A program made the translations under genes and the position numbers. The notes below the pieces were generated by a model, which searched no databases, was not told where the DNA came from, and was given only the letters and a program-made list of their open reading frames with translations. This document shows positions 31,064 to 40,534 of a stretch of 56,940 nt of DNA, one piece after another. The stretch comes from Candidatus Kuenenbacteria bacterium. Its GTDB lineage: Bacteria > Patescibacteriota > Patescibacteriia > UBA11705 > JABHMO01. The stretch lies in contig JABMRF010000053.1 of NCBI GenBank assembly GCA_013202715.1, positions 1-56,940 of the forward strand, read 5' to 3'. The number at the start of each line of letters is the position of its first letter. Within the stretch, counting starts at the first letter, position 1.

Positions 31064-31204
31064 ATGGCCAAGCACATCCAATCTGCTAAAGTTCTGTGCA
31101 TTCACTGCGCCAAGATGCATTCGAAAAATCAAGTGGCAAAGTGCAAGAAGGCGCAAGATCGGAAGGGTTCCAACTCTCCCGGTCTAAAGACACGGGGTAA
31201 GTAA
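31064..31204 (+). CDS. Small basic Cys/His (putative zinc-binding) protein, 46 aa
   Basis: GGAGG SD; MAKHIQSAKVLCIHCAKMHSKNQVAKCKKAQDRKGSNSPGLKTRGK; terminator at 31216-31250. Confidence 0.55.
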   Translation: MAKHIQSAKVLCIHCAKMHSKNQVAKCKKAQDRKGSNSPGLKTRGK

Positions 31205-31267
31205 AAGTAAACGAAAAGCGACCGCGCTTCACCGCCGGTCGCCTTTTTTATTATAAATTTGGGTGCT

Positions 31268-33241
31268 CTAAGGAATTACTTTTCCATCGGTCTCCGCATA
31301 ATCATCCATTTCGAGTGCAGAAGTAATAATGTTTTTGGTTCGAATTATTAAACTGTCAATTGCAGTATCTTTTGCTGAGAAAGTTGTGTTGCCAGTCAAT
31401 TTTATCAGCTCGCCGATATGTTCGATCTTGGGTGTAACTTGAATTGCAAAATTTGCATGTGCTTCGTTTACAGATTCTGGTAAACGATTTATTTCCCAAG
31501 TAACTTTTCGTGAATTGCTGTCAAATTCAATTTCACCGGCAGAAACATTTTTCTCATCCGGCCAGTTAACATATTCTGGTAGGGTTGTGGTAACTTTGAT
31601 GTCCTCCAGTTCGTGAAGATTATTTGATATATCCCAGAAAACTTTTAATTGAGTTTGTTTTTCCGCTTCAAAAGGCATCGGCCCAATTCCAATTGGTGTT
31701 CCGTCATCATAATAGTATAAAGCCTTGATGCCGATATTTGCATTTGAACTCAAAGTGAGATCAATGACACTGCTCTTGATAGGTTTTACATCAGTTTCAA
31801 GCGACGGAAATAGATTAATTTGTGAATAGGCATTAATTTTGGTTTGACCTACAGTTTCGAGATTATTGCTGTCAATTGCGGCAAAGTCTTTGACCGGAAT
31901 TACAATATTGATTACAACCTCATTACCCGCTTCAAAGCTTTGTAATTCAGAAATCTGGTCCTTGGTCCAGGTGATTTCCTTGCCTGCCTCAGTTTTCTCA
32001 ATTTTTCCATAATAATCATCTTCGATCTCATTCCAATCCAGTATTTCTGACGGTTGGCTATTGATGACAGTTTTTATTTCAACATTTTCATAAGTTTGAT
32101 CAGCATTATTTTTGGCAATTAACGAAAATGTTAAAGTTTGGCTCAGCTCGATATTTTTATTCTCAGTAGAACCATTAATAATCAGATATGTATTTACAGC
32201 CTGGTCAATTATTTTTATTTCAAATTCCTCTTGGTTGATTAAATGGTATTGACCATCTTTGCCGGGAAGATAAAAGTTTACGGCAAAGGATTGTTTTCGG
32301 TCTTCGTCATTTTTGAACGCCATATCGGACGGGAAATTACCATTAAGCAGGATTTCCTGGCTGTTCGAGGTTTCCGGTATTTCGGAGAGAATCCATTTAT
32401 TATTATCTTCAAATGCGCCTGGATTGGCTGAAGTTAAATCAAAATTTTCAGGGTAGATATATTCAAGTTTGGCATTTTGAAATGCTACTTCACCTTTGTT
32501 TTTTAATTTTGTTTTGAGCGAAAGTTTTTGGCCTGGAGTAACGTTTGACGGGGAAGTATTTATTATCTCAATTTCTGGCTTTTCCAGGACAATGCTAAAA
32601 TTTGTTTCTTTGGAAAATTCAGAATGGAAATTACTTGGCTCAAAGGTGATTGTGGCAGTTAATTTTTGGTCACGATCAATCTCGTCAATAATACTACCTG
32701 TAATTATTATTTCACCCTTGTCTCCGGATTCTAAATTCCCCAATACCCATTTGTGATTTGTAAGCTCAGGTTCAGTTTTTGTGACAATGAGACCGTGAGG
32801 GTACTGGACAATCAGACGGCTGTTTTGCAGTTCAATCTCACCCAGATTTTGATAGGTGATAAGGTATTCAAATTCTTCCCCGATTTTTGCTTTTTCCGGC
32901 CCGGCAATCTCGAGATTCAAGGTCTGTTGTTCAAATGTCTTCTGGTTCGCGAAAAATAAAAATCCGGCCAAGGCAGAGCCCGCCAGAATTACAAGAACGA
33001 CAAGACTAATTAAATAGAATTTTTTACGTCTCTTTGTTCGGTCAATTTCAATTAGGTTTTTTAATGTTTTGTCATTATCTTCTTTAGAATCTTTTTTTTC
33101 CGATATCTCGCCTGTCATTTGCTCCCCATCAATGTTTTCTTCTTCATATAAATCCATTAATTCTTCAATCGGATCTTTTTCTTCGTATTTGATCTTTTTA
33201 CGTTTGAAGTGAGGCGTTTTTGTTTTTTTATTTTTTGACAT
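31268..33241 (-). CDS. Membrane-anchored protein with repeated Ig-like (DUF11-like) beta-sandwich domains
   Basis: TM near aa 76-97; repeated GEE..Y.I.Y.N.G...L and W.LG.L..G patterns. Confidence 0.8.
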   Translation of the reverse strand: MSKNKKTKTPHFKRKKIKYEEKDPIEELMDLYEEENIDGEQMTGEISEKKDSKEDNDKTLKNLIEIDRTKRRKKFYLISLVVLVILAGSALAGFLFFANQKTFEQQTLNLEIAGPEKAKIGEEFEYLITYQNLGEIELQNSRLIVQYPHGLIVTKTEPELTNHKWVLGNLESGDKGEIIITGSIIDEIDRDQKLTATITFEPSNFHSEFSKETNFSIVLEKPEIEIINTSPSNVTPGQKLSLKTKLKNKGEVAFQNAKLEYIYPENFDLTSANPGAFEDNNKWILSEIPETSNSQEILLNGNFPSDMAFKNDEDRKQSFAVNFYLPGKDGQYHLINQEEFEIKIIDQAVNTYLIINGSTENKNIELSQTLTFSLIAKNNADQTYENVEIKTVINSQPSEILDWNEIEDDYYGKIEKTEAGKEITWTKDQISELQSFEAGNEVVINIVIPVKDFAAIDSNNLETVGQTKINAYSQINLFPSLETDVKPIKSSVIDLTLSSNANIGIKALYYYDDGTPIGIGPMPFEAEKQTQLKVFWDISNNLHELEDIKVTTTLPEYVNWPDEKNVSAGEIEFDSNSRKVTWEINRLPESVNEAHANFAIQVTPKIEHIGELIKLTGNTTFSAKDTAIDSLIIRTKNIITSALEMDDYAETDGKVIP

Positions 33242-33282
33242 AAAAGCAAAAGGAGTAAAGGGGTTAAAAGGGCCAACGGATT

Positions 33283-35922
33283 TTATTTAATAACAAAAGC
33301 TATTAACTCATCCTGCTTCGCACCGGTCTGGAATTCTATTTTACTTCCGTATTTTTCACCAAGCGGTGGATAGAGCCAGTCAACGGAAACGCCTTCTGGT
33401 AAATTTATGTTTACATTATATTCGGTGTTTTGCTGACCGGACTGTTTTTGAATGAATAGGGAATAGAAATCGGTCTTTCTGGAAGATGCAGTTTTGATCC
33501 AGCTTTCTTTTTGTTTCAAATCAAACTTGAAAGGTAGTTTATATTTAAAAACTACGGTCCCGGTTTCTTCTGGGTCAATTTCTAGCCAGTTCCCAAAAAC
33601 GGTTTTATTAAATTCATTGTTAATATAAGTGCCAGTTTTCGGTTCAATCCAAACCTTGCCTTGAACTTCAGTTAAAAGTTGATCAGTCTCCCAGTATTCT
33701 TCGGCCGGCTCAAACATTTCTGCCGGGATTTCACTATATCCTGTTGTGGAAATCAACTGACTTCCAACAGGCGTATAAATTCTGATAAAGTTAAGATTGT
33801 TTTTGCTAGAAAAACTATTTTCAGAGTTTCCGGTATGGGTTCTGGTAACTGTAACTGTATTAATAACGTCTCCATTGTCCTGAATGTCAGATTGAAGGTC
33901 GATGTTTTGTTCAATATAGTAATCAGTTTTTCCGCCACCAATATTGGTGTTAATTACTGCCAAATAATCTTTTGAGCTGTTCAGTATTTCACCTGTCCAG
34001 GCGTAGGAAGAAATTTTTTCCTGAATTGCCGAGTTCGAAAAGTACATTTGAATATCTTTTTGATCAAGTCCGACTTTGATAGTTTTAATAACTTCAATCA
34101 GGTCATTTCCTTCGGCATTAAATATTTTATCCAAAAGTTTTGGTGCCAATAAAGATAGTACTTTCTTTGGTTGTTTAGAGTTTTTATTTTCTTCAATTGT
34201 TTCCTGGAGTTGTTCTGTGAATCCAGCTGCTCGGAATGTTTTATTAACTTCCGGCACGTAAATATCACCGGTTATTTTCATCAATTCTGGAATAAGGTTG
34301 GCATTGAGAGCAATAACACCGTCAACTGTCGGTCCTCCTGATTTTTCGTAAAACCATTTTATTTTTTCAGCTGAAGTTGGGAAATCAGGGAACCAGTTTG
34401 CGTCCTGCATTTCCCAAAGAGAATTGATCACGTGCATTGGATACGGAGAAATGCGTTTTTCGATCAAAGAGCCTTGCATGTCATAAGTTCCGCCACCAGG
34501 AATTTCCATGTTGACGATTTTTCCTCGGTCGATGTCTACTAGGGCAAAGCTACCCATGAATCCGCCGGTTGGTCGCAGTTCATTATTATTTTGGAAAACA
34601 AATAAGTAGCGGCGTTTATAATCCGAGCCTAAAATTTGATTTATTGTTTTCGATAAACTGTTTAGTTCTTTCAAATCAGCGGCGAGAAGAGAAACATAGT
34701 CGCGGATATTTTCAAACTGGGCTCTGTTATTTTCTGGAATGGCCTCCAGTCTGATTTTGTGAAGGTCGTTATTAATTTGATTGATTTTTGGAATTAGGGC
34801 GTCAATGGAATTTTCCGGATCTTTGGAGGTCAAAGATTCAAGTACGTTTGGCAATTCAGTCCCAAGCTCAGAAACATTCTTTCCGATTCGAAGCATATAC
34901 TCAGCATCGGCAACATTGGCTCGATCCATTGGAATGAGAGTTGAAATTGCTTTCAAGGCGATATTAATTGTGCCCAGCTCCTGGCTGGCTTGCTCAAAAC
35001 TATATGTTGCAGCTGAAAAGCTTTTTTCTGCATTTTCAATATTACTTGCGGCTAATTCTTTGCTAGCAATTTTCAAGTCTTCATAGGCGGAAACTGCATA
35101 ACTTACAATTTGGCCCTGTGTTTTTTTCATTTCCTGGAAATGGCCAAACACTTTTATTGGCGCAACAAGTAATAAACAGATTGCCACGTAAGCTATAATA
35201 GATCGATGCCAATAAAGTGGTAGATTGAAATGATAATGCCATGGCTTGCGCGTAAACTGCTCTTCCTGTTTGTCAGCTTTTATCTTTAGTTTCTCAGTAA
35301 TAGCGATTGGTTCTTCATATTCAGCAATTACGACTCTTTCTTGGTGCGGATTGAGCGGCGCTAACGCCACTCGGCCGTGAGCTCGTGGCCGAACGGCGGA
35401 TTTAACGGATTCAGAAACTATAATTACATCTTTATGGATTTCTTCTCCAACTGTTGATTCTATTTCTTTAACTTTGAGTTTTAGTTCAGTAATTTGTTTT
35501 TTGAATATCGGTTGTTTGAAAAAATCGGTTACTCTTTTCTTAGCTGCGTGTTCTTTTTTCTTTTTTTTGATCATTTCTGTCAAATCCAAAACAAATGGAG
35601 AATGTTCCGCTCTTCTGGACATACTTTGAACCAAAATATTGGTATGTTTGTCTTCATGTTTTTTAGAAACCTTTTCATTGTCAGGTAGGAGTGCGGCCAA
35701 TTCTTTCATAATAGATTTTTCCAGTTTTTCGTCCGTTTTTTCTTTTGGTTGTTTATCAAGAATTCCATCAATTTCATGCTGAAGCAAGCCAATGCTTAGG
35801 TGGTCTTTGGTCGCCTTCTTCGTAGTTTTTTTTCTGCTTACTTGTTTCTTTCCTTTTTTGTTTTCTTGTTTTCTTGCTTTCTTGCTTTCTTGTTTTGTTG
35901 TTTTTGTTGCCTTTTTTGGCAT
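33283..35922 (-). CDS. DUF4012-domain membrane protein
   Basis: YLFVFQNNNELRPTGGFMGS, DANWFPDFPTSA, NIGGGKTD. Confidence 0.88.
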   Translation of the reverse strand: MPKKATKTTKQESKKARKQENKKGKKQVSRKKTTKKATKDHLSIGLLQHEIDGILDKQPKEKTDEKLEKSIMKELAALLPDNEKVSKKHEDKHTNILVQSMSRRAEHSPFVLDLTEMIKKKKKEHAAKKRVTDFFKQPIFKKQITELKLKVKEIESTVGEEIHKDVIIVSESVKSAVRPRAHGRVALAPLNPHQERVVIAEYEEPIAITEKLKIKADKQEEQFTRKPWHYHFNLPLYWHRSIIAYVAICLLLVAPIKVFGHFQEMKKTQGQIVSYAVSAYEDLKIASKELAASNIENAEKSFSAATYSFEQASQELGTINIALKAISTLIPMDRANVADAEYMLRIGKNVSELGTELPNVLESLTSKDPENSIDALIPKINQINNDLHKIRLEAIPENNRAQFENIRDYVSLLAADLKELNSLSKTINQILGSDYKRRYLFVFQNNNELRPTGGFMGSFALVDIDRGKIVNMEIPGGGTYDMQGSLIEKRISPYPMHVINSLWEMQDANWFPDFPTSAEKIKWFYEKSGGPTVDGVIALNANLIPELMKITGDIYVPEVNKTFRAAGFTEQLQETIEENKNSKQPKKVLSLLAPKLLDKIFNAEGNDLIEVIKTIKVGLDQKDIQMYFSNSAIQEKISSYAWTGEILNSSKDYLAVINTNIGGGKTDYYIEQNIDLQSDIQDNGDVINTVTVTRTHTGNSENSFSSKNNLNFIRIYTPVGSQLISTTGYSEIPAEMFEPAEEYWETDQLLTEVQGKVWIEPKTGTYINNEFNKTVFGNWLEIDPEETGTVVFKYKLPFKFDLKQKESWIKTASSRKTDFYSLFIQKQSGQQNTEYNVNINLPEGVSVDWLYPPLGEKYGSKIEFQTGAKQDELIAFVIK

Positions 35923-35950
35923 ATATTAGAGTTTAAAAGATTGTTCTGAA

Positions 35951-36045
35951 TAATACTTGATCTACTGATTTTCTACATGATCTACTGATAAAATTTGGCT
36001 GTTAAATCATGTAGATCAGTTGCAAATCACGTAGATCATGTATTA
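35951..36045. repeat. TAC(N)TGAT-unit imperfect palindrome, family copy
   Basis: Arms nearly identical to 56750-56847; overlaps the stop of the GT4 gene. Confidence 0.8.
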
Positions 36046-37163
36046 CCATGTATCTGTTTGTAAATTCGTAAGGTCTCTAGGGCGCATTTTTTCCAGCTAA
36101 AGCGAGTAACATTATAAAAACCTTTGGTAATTAGCTTTTGTTTCAAATTTTGATTGGACAGTATCTGATGAATTTTATCTGCCATTTCATTTTCGTCCTT
36201 GGGGTCAAAGAATAGGGCAGAGTCGCCGAGTACTTCCGGCATTGAGCTGGTATTTGTCGAGACAACCGGAGTTCCGCAGGCTTGCGCCTCAATGCAGATT
36301 AAACCAAATCCTTCGATAAAAGAAGGAAGTACAAATAGCTCAGCAGCGTTATATAATATTGGAAGCTCAGATTTTTGAACATATCCAGTGGTAATTATAT
36401 CTTGTTTAAATGGTGAACAGTTAATTATCTCACGAACTTTTGTGTAATGCAAGTCTTCGCGCCCGCCAAGTACAAGTTGATAATCTAATTTATACTTTTT
36501 TTTCAGTAAATCAAACGCTTTGACCAAGCCTTCAATATTCTTGTGGCTTCGCCAAACGCCTACATAAAAGAGATACGGTTTGGTGATCCCAAACTGTTTT
36601 TTTGTCTTATTTATTATACCATAATCATCAATTTTACGAAAACTTTCGTCCACACCCTCATAAACCACACTGATTTTTTTTGATTTTATATTTAAATGTT
36701 TCACAATGTCCAGTTTTGTGCTATTTGAAACCGCAATTACGTGTTTTGCTTTGCGCAGTGTTCCGCTAAATACAGCTTTGTATCCAATCCTGCGCACAAT
36801 TGACTTCATTTTGTGTCCTGGGAAGAATAAGGGGGTAATATCGTGAATTGTGCAGACGCTTTTCTTGGGATAGAGGATTGGAGAGTTGAAATGAGGATAG
36901 TGGATCAGGTCAAATTTTTCTTTCATAAATTCAAATGGCAATTTGAACTGTTCGTCATATGAATAATGGCGCGATTTGACCAGAACTTTTTTAACGCGCT
37001 CATTTGGAACCTTGAATTTGCTAAATGCCGGCTCGCGCATGAACATGATATATTGATTTTCTTGATCCAATTGAAAAATCTCATCAGTTAGTCGCTGAAT
37101 ATAGGTTCCGATTCCGCTGAATTGTTTTGTGCCGTACATTCGGGCATCGATTGCTATTTTCAT
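36036..37163 (-). CDS. Glycosyltransferase family 4
   Basis: MKIAIDAR start, TIHD, EGFGL..IEAQACGTPV. Confidence 0.93.
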   Translation of the reverse strand: MKIAIDARMYGTKQFSGIGTYIQRLTDEIFQLDQENQYIMFMREPAFSKFKVPNERVKKVLVKSRHYSYDEQFKLPFEFMKEKFDLIHYPHFNSPILYPKKSVCTIHDITPLFFPGHKMKSIVRRIGYKAVFSGTLRKAKHVIAVSNSTKLDIVKHLNIKSKKISVVYEGVDESFRKIDDYGIINKTKKQFGITKPYLFYVGVWRSHKNIEGLVKAFDLLKKKYKLDYQLVLGGREDLHYTKVREIINCSPFKQDIITTGYVQKSELPILYNAAELFVLPSFIEGFGLICIEAQACGTPVVSTNTSSMPEVLGDSALFFDPKDENEMADKIHQILSNQNLKQKLITKGFYNVTRFSWKKCALETLRIYKQIHGNT

Positions 37164-37244
37164 AGTGGTGGAGTGAGTGGTTTTGGGGAGGATTTTGGGG
37201 TACGGGTTCCGCCAAGGGGAATCCGGCGGGAGGACTCCATCAGG

Positions 37245-37350
37245 AGGGCTTCGGAAGAAGGGTTCGGAAGAAGGGCTCCGAAGAAGGGCTCCGGAAGAAG
37301 GGCTACGGAAGAAGGGCTCCAAAGAAGGGCTACGGAAGAAGGGCTCCAAA
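37245..37350. repeat. Tandem repeat, ~8 units of 13/14 bp (AGGGCT(C/A)CGGAAGA)
   Basis: 13- and 14-bp units giving an approximate 27-bp higher-order period. Confidence 0.9.
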
Positions 37351-37454
37351 TTACCCCCCACTTGAGTGGGGGCTACCGGTAAACCGGCTTCAGCCGGGAT
37401 TGTTACGCGCAAGCGCGCGTAGGGAACGGAGCCCTGACTTAAGTCAGGGGTAAT
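37350..37454. repeat. REPIN-like element, copy 1
   Basis: ATTACCCC...GGGGTAAT ends; REP hairpins CCCCCACTT(G)AGTGGGGG with GTAG foot and CCCTGACTTAAGTCAGGG with GGAG foot. Confidence 0.85.
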
Positions 37455-37999
37455 AGTGACTCCTCCTCCCGTAAGCTACGCAAGAAAGCCTCCTCGTCCT
37501 CCTTTGACTTAATTTTTAATATAGTTAATATCCTATCCTCGATTGTTTCTCTTGAAAATTCATCCGCGTACTTTTTAAAATTACAGTATTTATAATCATA
37601 CAATTCATCAAATGATTTTACGACCCCATGCCGAATTGGATTTCCTAATATTTAGGCAAAGATATTAAAATACGCATGATCATTAAATACTGCCCAGCCA
37701 TAATATTTTTTCCATAATGTGCCTTCTCTTTTTAAGTATGAATTAATCATTCGCGAGGACGCTCCGGCAAACCGTCTGAGAAATTCTTTTGGAATTGAAT
37801 CTTCTGCAGTATTGGCAATCAGGTGCAGGTGATTATTAAGAATTGAGAATGGTTCAATTTGGGTGTTTGTTGATTGCGCGGCTTTTTCCAGTTGTTCCAG
37901 AAGAACGTCTTTGATCTTATTATCAAATGATAAAATAACTTCATCGTCGAGTGAATAGGTTATGAAGTATTTGTGGCCGGAGAAGAATTGATATTTTAT
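37439..37999 (-). pseudogene. RAYT / TnpA-REP (IS200-like HUH Y1) transposase pseudogene
   Basis: YFITY, NHLHL (37820-37834), GTLWKKY, then FA*ILGNPIRHG with TAA at 37652-37654 where the catalytic Tyr is expected; frameshift ~37935; ATA at the expected start. Confidence 0.85.
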
Positions 38000-38005
38000 G
38001 TTTAA

Positions 38006-38737
38006 TTATTTTAGCGTATTCCAAACTAATTGCCAAATCGACTTCATCGTCTGTGCGATCGCTTGATCTTCGATTATAACGGCTGCATAAGGTTTTTTGA
38101 AACTAATTAGAGAAATTTTATTGCTGTAGATGTTTATTTCGGTTTCAAATTTGATATCTTTGACTAATTTTGTTTGTCGAAGCTCTTCTTTGTCTTTTGA
38201 TTGAACCATTCTACCTCTCGGACCATCTTTTCCTATAGAGTAAAAAAAAGTGTTGCTTTTGATTCTTGCTTTAGGGCCTGCTGCCCAGAGAAAATCTTCA
38301 GGTAAGGTTTCAAACATTTTTTCAAAATCTGTAAACGCGTAAATTTTCCCGTCTTGTACAGCATAGTCAGAGTAGGCTTTTTGGAGGCCGTCAATCCCTT
38401 GATAAAATCGCACTTTTGGTTTGTTTGCTGGTGAATTATAAATACTTAAAAATTCCGGCAGTTCTGCTTGAACTAATTCAAGTCGCCTTTGCGCGCGCTT
38501 CAAAACAATTTCAGGGTTTTCTGCAACAAGGAGTAATTTCCTTCCTTCTTTAACTTCGGTAACCAGTCCGAGGTCTTTTATTTCTTCGAGGAAATTGTAA
38601 ATGCTGGTTCGTTTAACTTTTGATTTTTCAGCCAGCTCTTGAATTGTTGCGCTTCCCAATTCCAAACAGGCCAGATATACCTGGGCTTGCTTTTGGTCAA
38701 TGCCAAGAGTTTTGAGAGATTTTAGTAGATTATTCAT
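38006..38737 (-). CDS. TrmB-family transcriptional regulator
   Basis: QVYLACLELG.ATIQELA.KSKVKRTSIY, KPKVRFYQG. Confidence 0.92.
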   Translation of the reverse strand: MNNLLKSLKTLGIDQKQAQVYLACLELGSATIQELAEKSKVKRTSIYNFLEEIKDLGLVTEVKEGRKLLLVAENPEIVLKRAQRRLELVQAELPEFLSIYNSPANKPKVRFYQGIDGLQKAYSDYAVQDGKIYAFTDFEKMFETLPEDFLWAAGPKARIKSNTFFYSIGKDGPRGRMVQSKDKEELRQTKLVKDIKFETEINIYSNKISLISFKKPYAAVIIEDQAIAQTMKSIWQLVWNTLK

Positions 38738-38752
38738 GATTTGAATTTGATT

Positions 38753-38769
38753 TGTCTATGTTTTAGACA
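38753..38769. promoter_or_regulatory. Putative TrmB operator TGTCTA-N5-TAGACA
   Basis: Perfect inverted repeat at the predicted start of the trmB transcript; variant AGTCTG-N5-TTGACA at 38853-38869. Confidence 0.45.
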
Positions 38770-38863
38770 TTGTAGCATGTTAAAAATAATCTGTCAAATT
38801 CTTCTAATTTTACCAACTAATTGTTATTGTCTAATCACTAATCCCTGCTTGTAGTCTGAAATC

Positions 38864-38892
38864 TTGACAGTACTTTTTCTTTCTAGTATAAT
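38864..38892 (+). promoter_or_regulatory. Consensus sigma70 promoter of the radical SAM operon
   Basis: TTGACA-17-TATAAT. Confidence 0.8.
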
Positions 38893-38938
38893 TGTATGTT
38901 CTTGAAGTTTTGTTCATTAAAATATAAAGGAGGTTTCA

Positions 38939-40480
38939 ATGAAATATCTACATGTGGAATTACCGTCATTGCATCTGCTTTGGTAGAGAAAAGATCAACC
39001 TGATGTTGTTTGTTCAGTAATTCGAACTAACTATCCAAAGCCGAGCGCGCTTCTTGTTCCAGCGATTCTTCGTCAAGTCGAAGGGCTTGAGGTTGAAGCC
39101 ATTGATATGAAGATTTGGGATCAAGAAAAAGTTATTCCTTATCGAGCGTTTGACTTTGAGGGCGGAAAGATGATCGCTTCGCGAATGGGTATGCCATTTG
39201 AAAGAGTCGAAGAGCAGCTTTTTGAAACGGATTTTCTTGGTTTGAGCATTAATCCAACTTGTTGGTCAAATATTGCTCTAGACTTTGCTCGTTATGCGAA
39301 AAAGATCAATCCGAGAATTATTATCATTATTGGTGGAACAGAAGCTATGTTCCGTTATGAGCATTACTTACAATCTGGAGTTATTGATTTTGTGATTCGT
39401 GGTGAAGGTGAAATTACAGGCCCCGCACTAATTGATGCATTGATTCATGGAAAAGATTATTTAGGAATCAAAGGATTGGCTTTTGTTCAAGTTGGTAAAA
39501 TTGTTGAAACCGGAATTATGCGAAACTGTGATTTGAACAAAGAACCAGCATCAGCAATTGATCTTTTTTATGATGATGTGCCACTTTGGGATACACCAAT
39601 TGAATATTATAGGGATGAATTAATTCAGACACCAACTGCACATTTATATATTACGCGAGGTTGCAATCAAGCTTGTGAATATTGCACAACACCTAGGAAG
39701 TATGGCCGACTTCGATTTAAATCATTAGAAAGGGTCAGAAAAGAACTTCAATATTTCAAAAAGTCAGGAATCAAATCGATCAATGTCTGGGACGATAGTT
39801 TGAGTTCATTGGTAAGGCATGGTAAAAGAGATCTTTTGATTTCGTATATCCGAATGATTAGGCAATATGGTTTTCCTTTTGAATATGCACAGAGCGTGGT
39901 AATTCGTGATTTGTGGGATTTTGAAAAATGTGAGCCAGATTTTGAATTAATACATGAATTATATAGTCATGAACTTGTAAATGGTGAGTTTATTGGATGT
40001 TATGGTCAATATACCCCGCTTGAATTTTTGCAAGAAGAAAACACTACCGCAATGGACAATAAATTGCTTGCTTTTGAAAAAGAGTTAGAAGTAATTAAAT
40101 CTATTTGTGAGCAAGGTGTTCGGTATCTGACATTTCCTTGTATTCTCGGTCGCTCGACTGATGGTCCAAATCAAATTAGTTTTGCTCGAAAAAGATTACT
40201 ACAGATTGTAAAGCTAGTTGAAGGTTATAGTGTGAAAGTTTTAATTACTCCATATCTTTATTCTATTTTTCCTGGAACCAAGATTTGGCAGAAAGAGAAG
40301 GATAGACTGGAGTATTCGATTGAAGATTATCCAGAACTGTTCCAATTCAACGCCAGTCCACATGGAACTGATTATTTTACTCCAGGTGAATTGATGCAAG
40401 CAAAGCTTGATTTGGAGCGTGAGTTTCTTGGCGAGGAAAGATTTGATCGATGGATTAGAACAGGTAGATATCAGTGGTAA
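38939..40480 (+). CDS. B12-binding-domain radical SAM protein with in-frame TAG at codon 16
   Basis: AAGGAGG SD + ATG 38939 in frame with the 39107 ORF; TAG at 38984-38986; IIIGG, GEGE, TRGCNQACEYC. Confidence 0.85.
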
Positions 40481-40534
40481 ATCAATTTATTGGTTTTTAT
40501 AAATAATAGTTGTTCTTTTACAAAGGAGAAAAAA

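Noticed and set aside
37245-37350. Possible CRISPR array
   Set aside because: Units are 13-14 bp and contiguous, with no unique spacers and no cas genes.
37164-37412. 83-aa N-terminal extension of the GT4 ORF with EPFFRSPS repeats
   Set aside because: It is a translation of the tandem repeat and REPIN; the family-typical start MKIAIDAR is at 37163.
38984-38986. Genome-wide stop-codon reassignment
   Set aside because: TAG, TGA and TAA all end bona fide genes here (trpS TAG; leuS and rnhB TGA), consistent with code 11.
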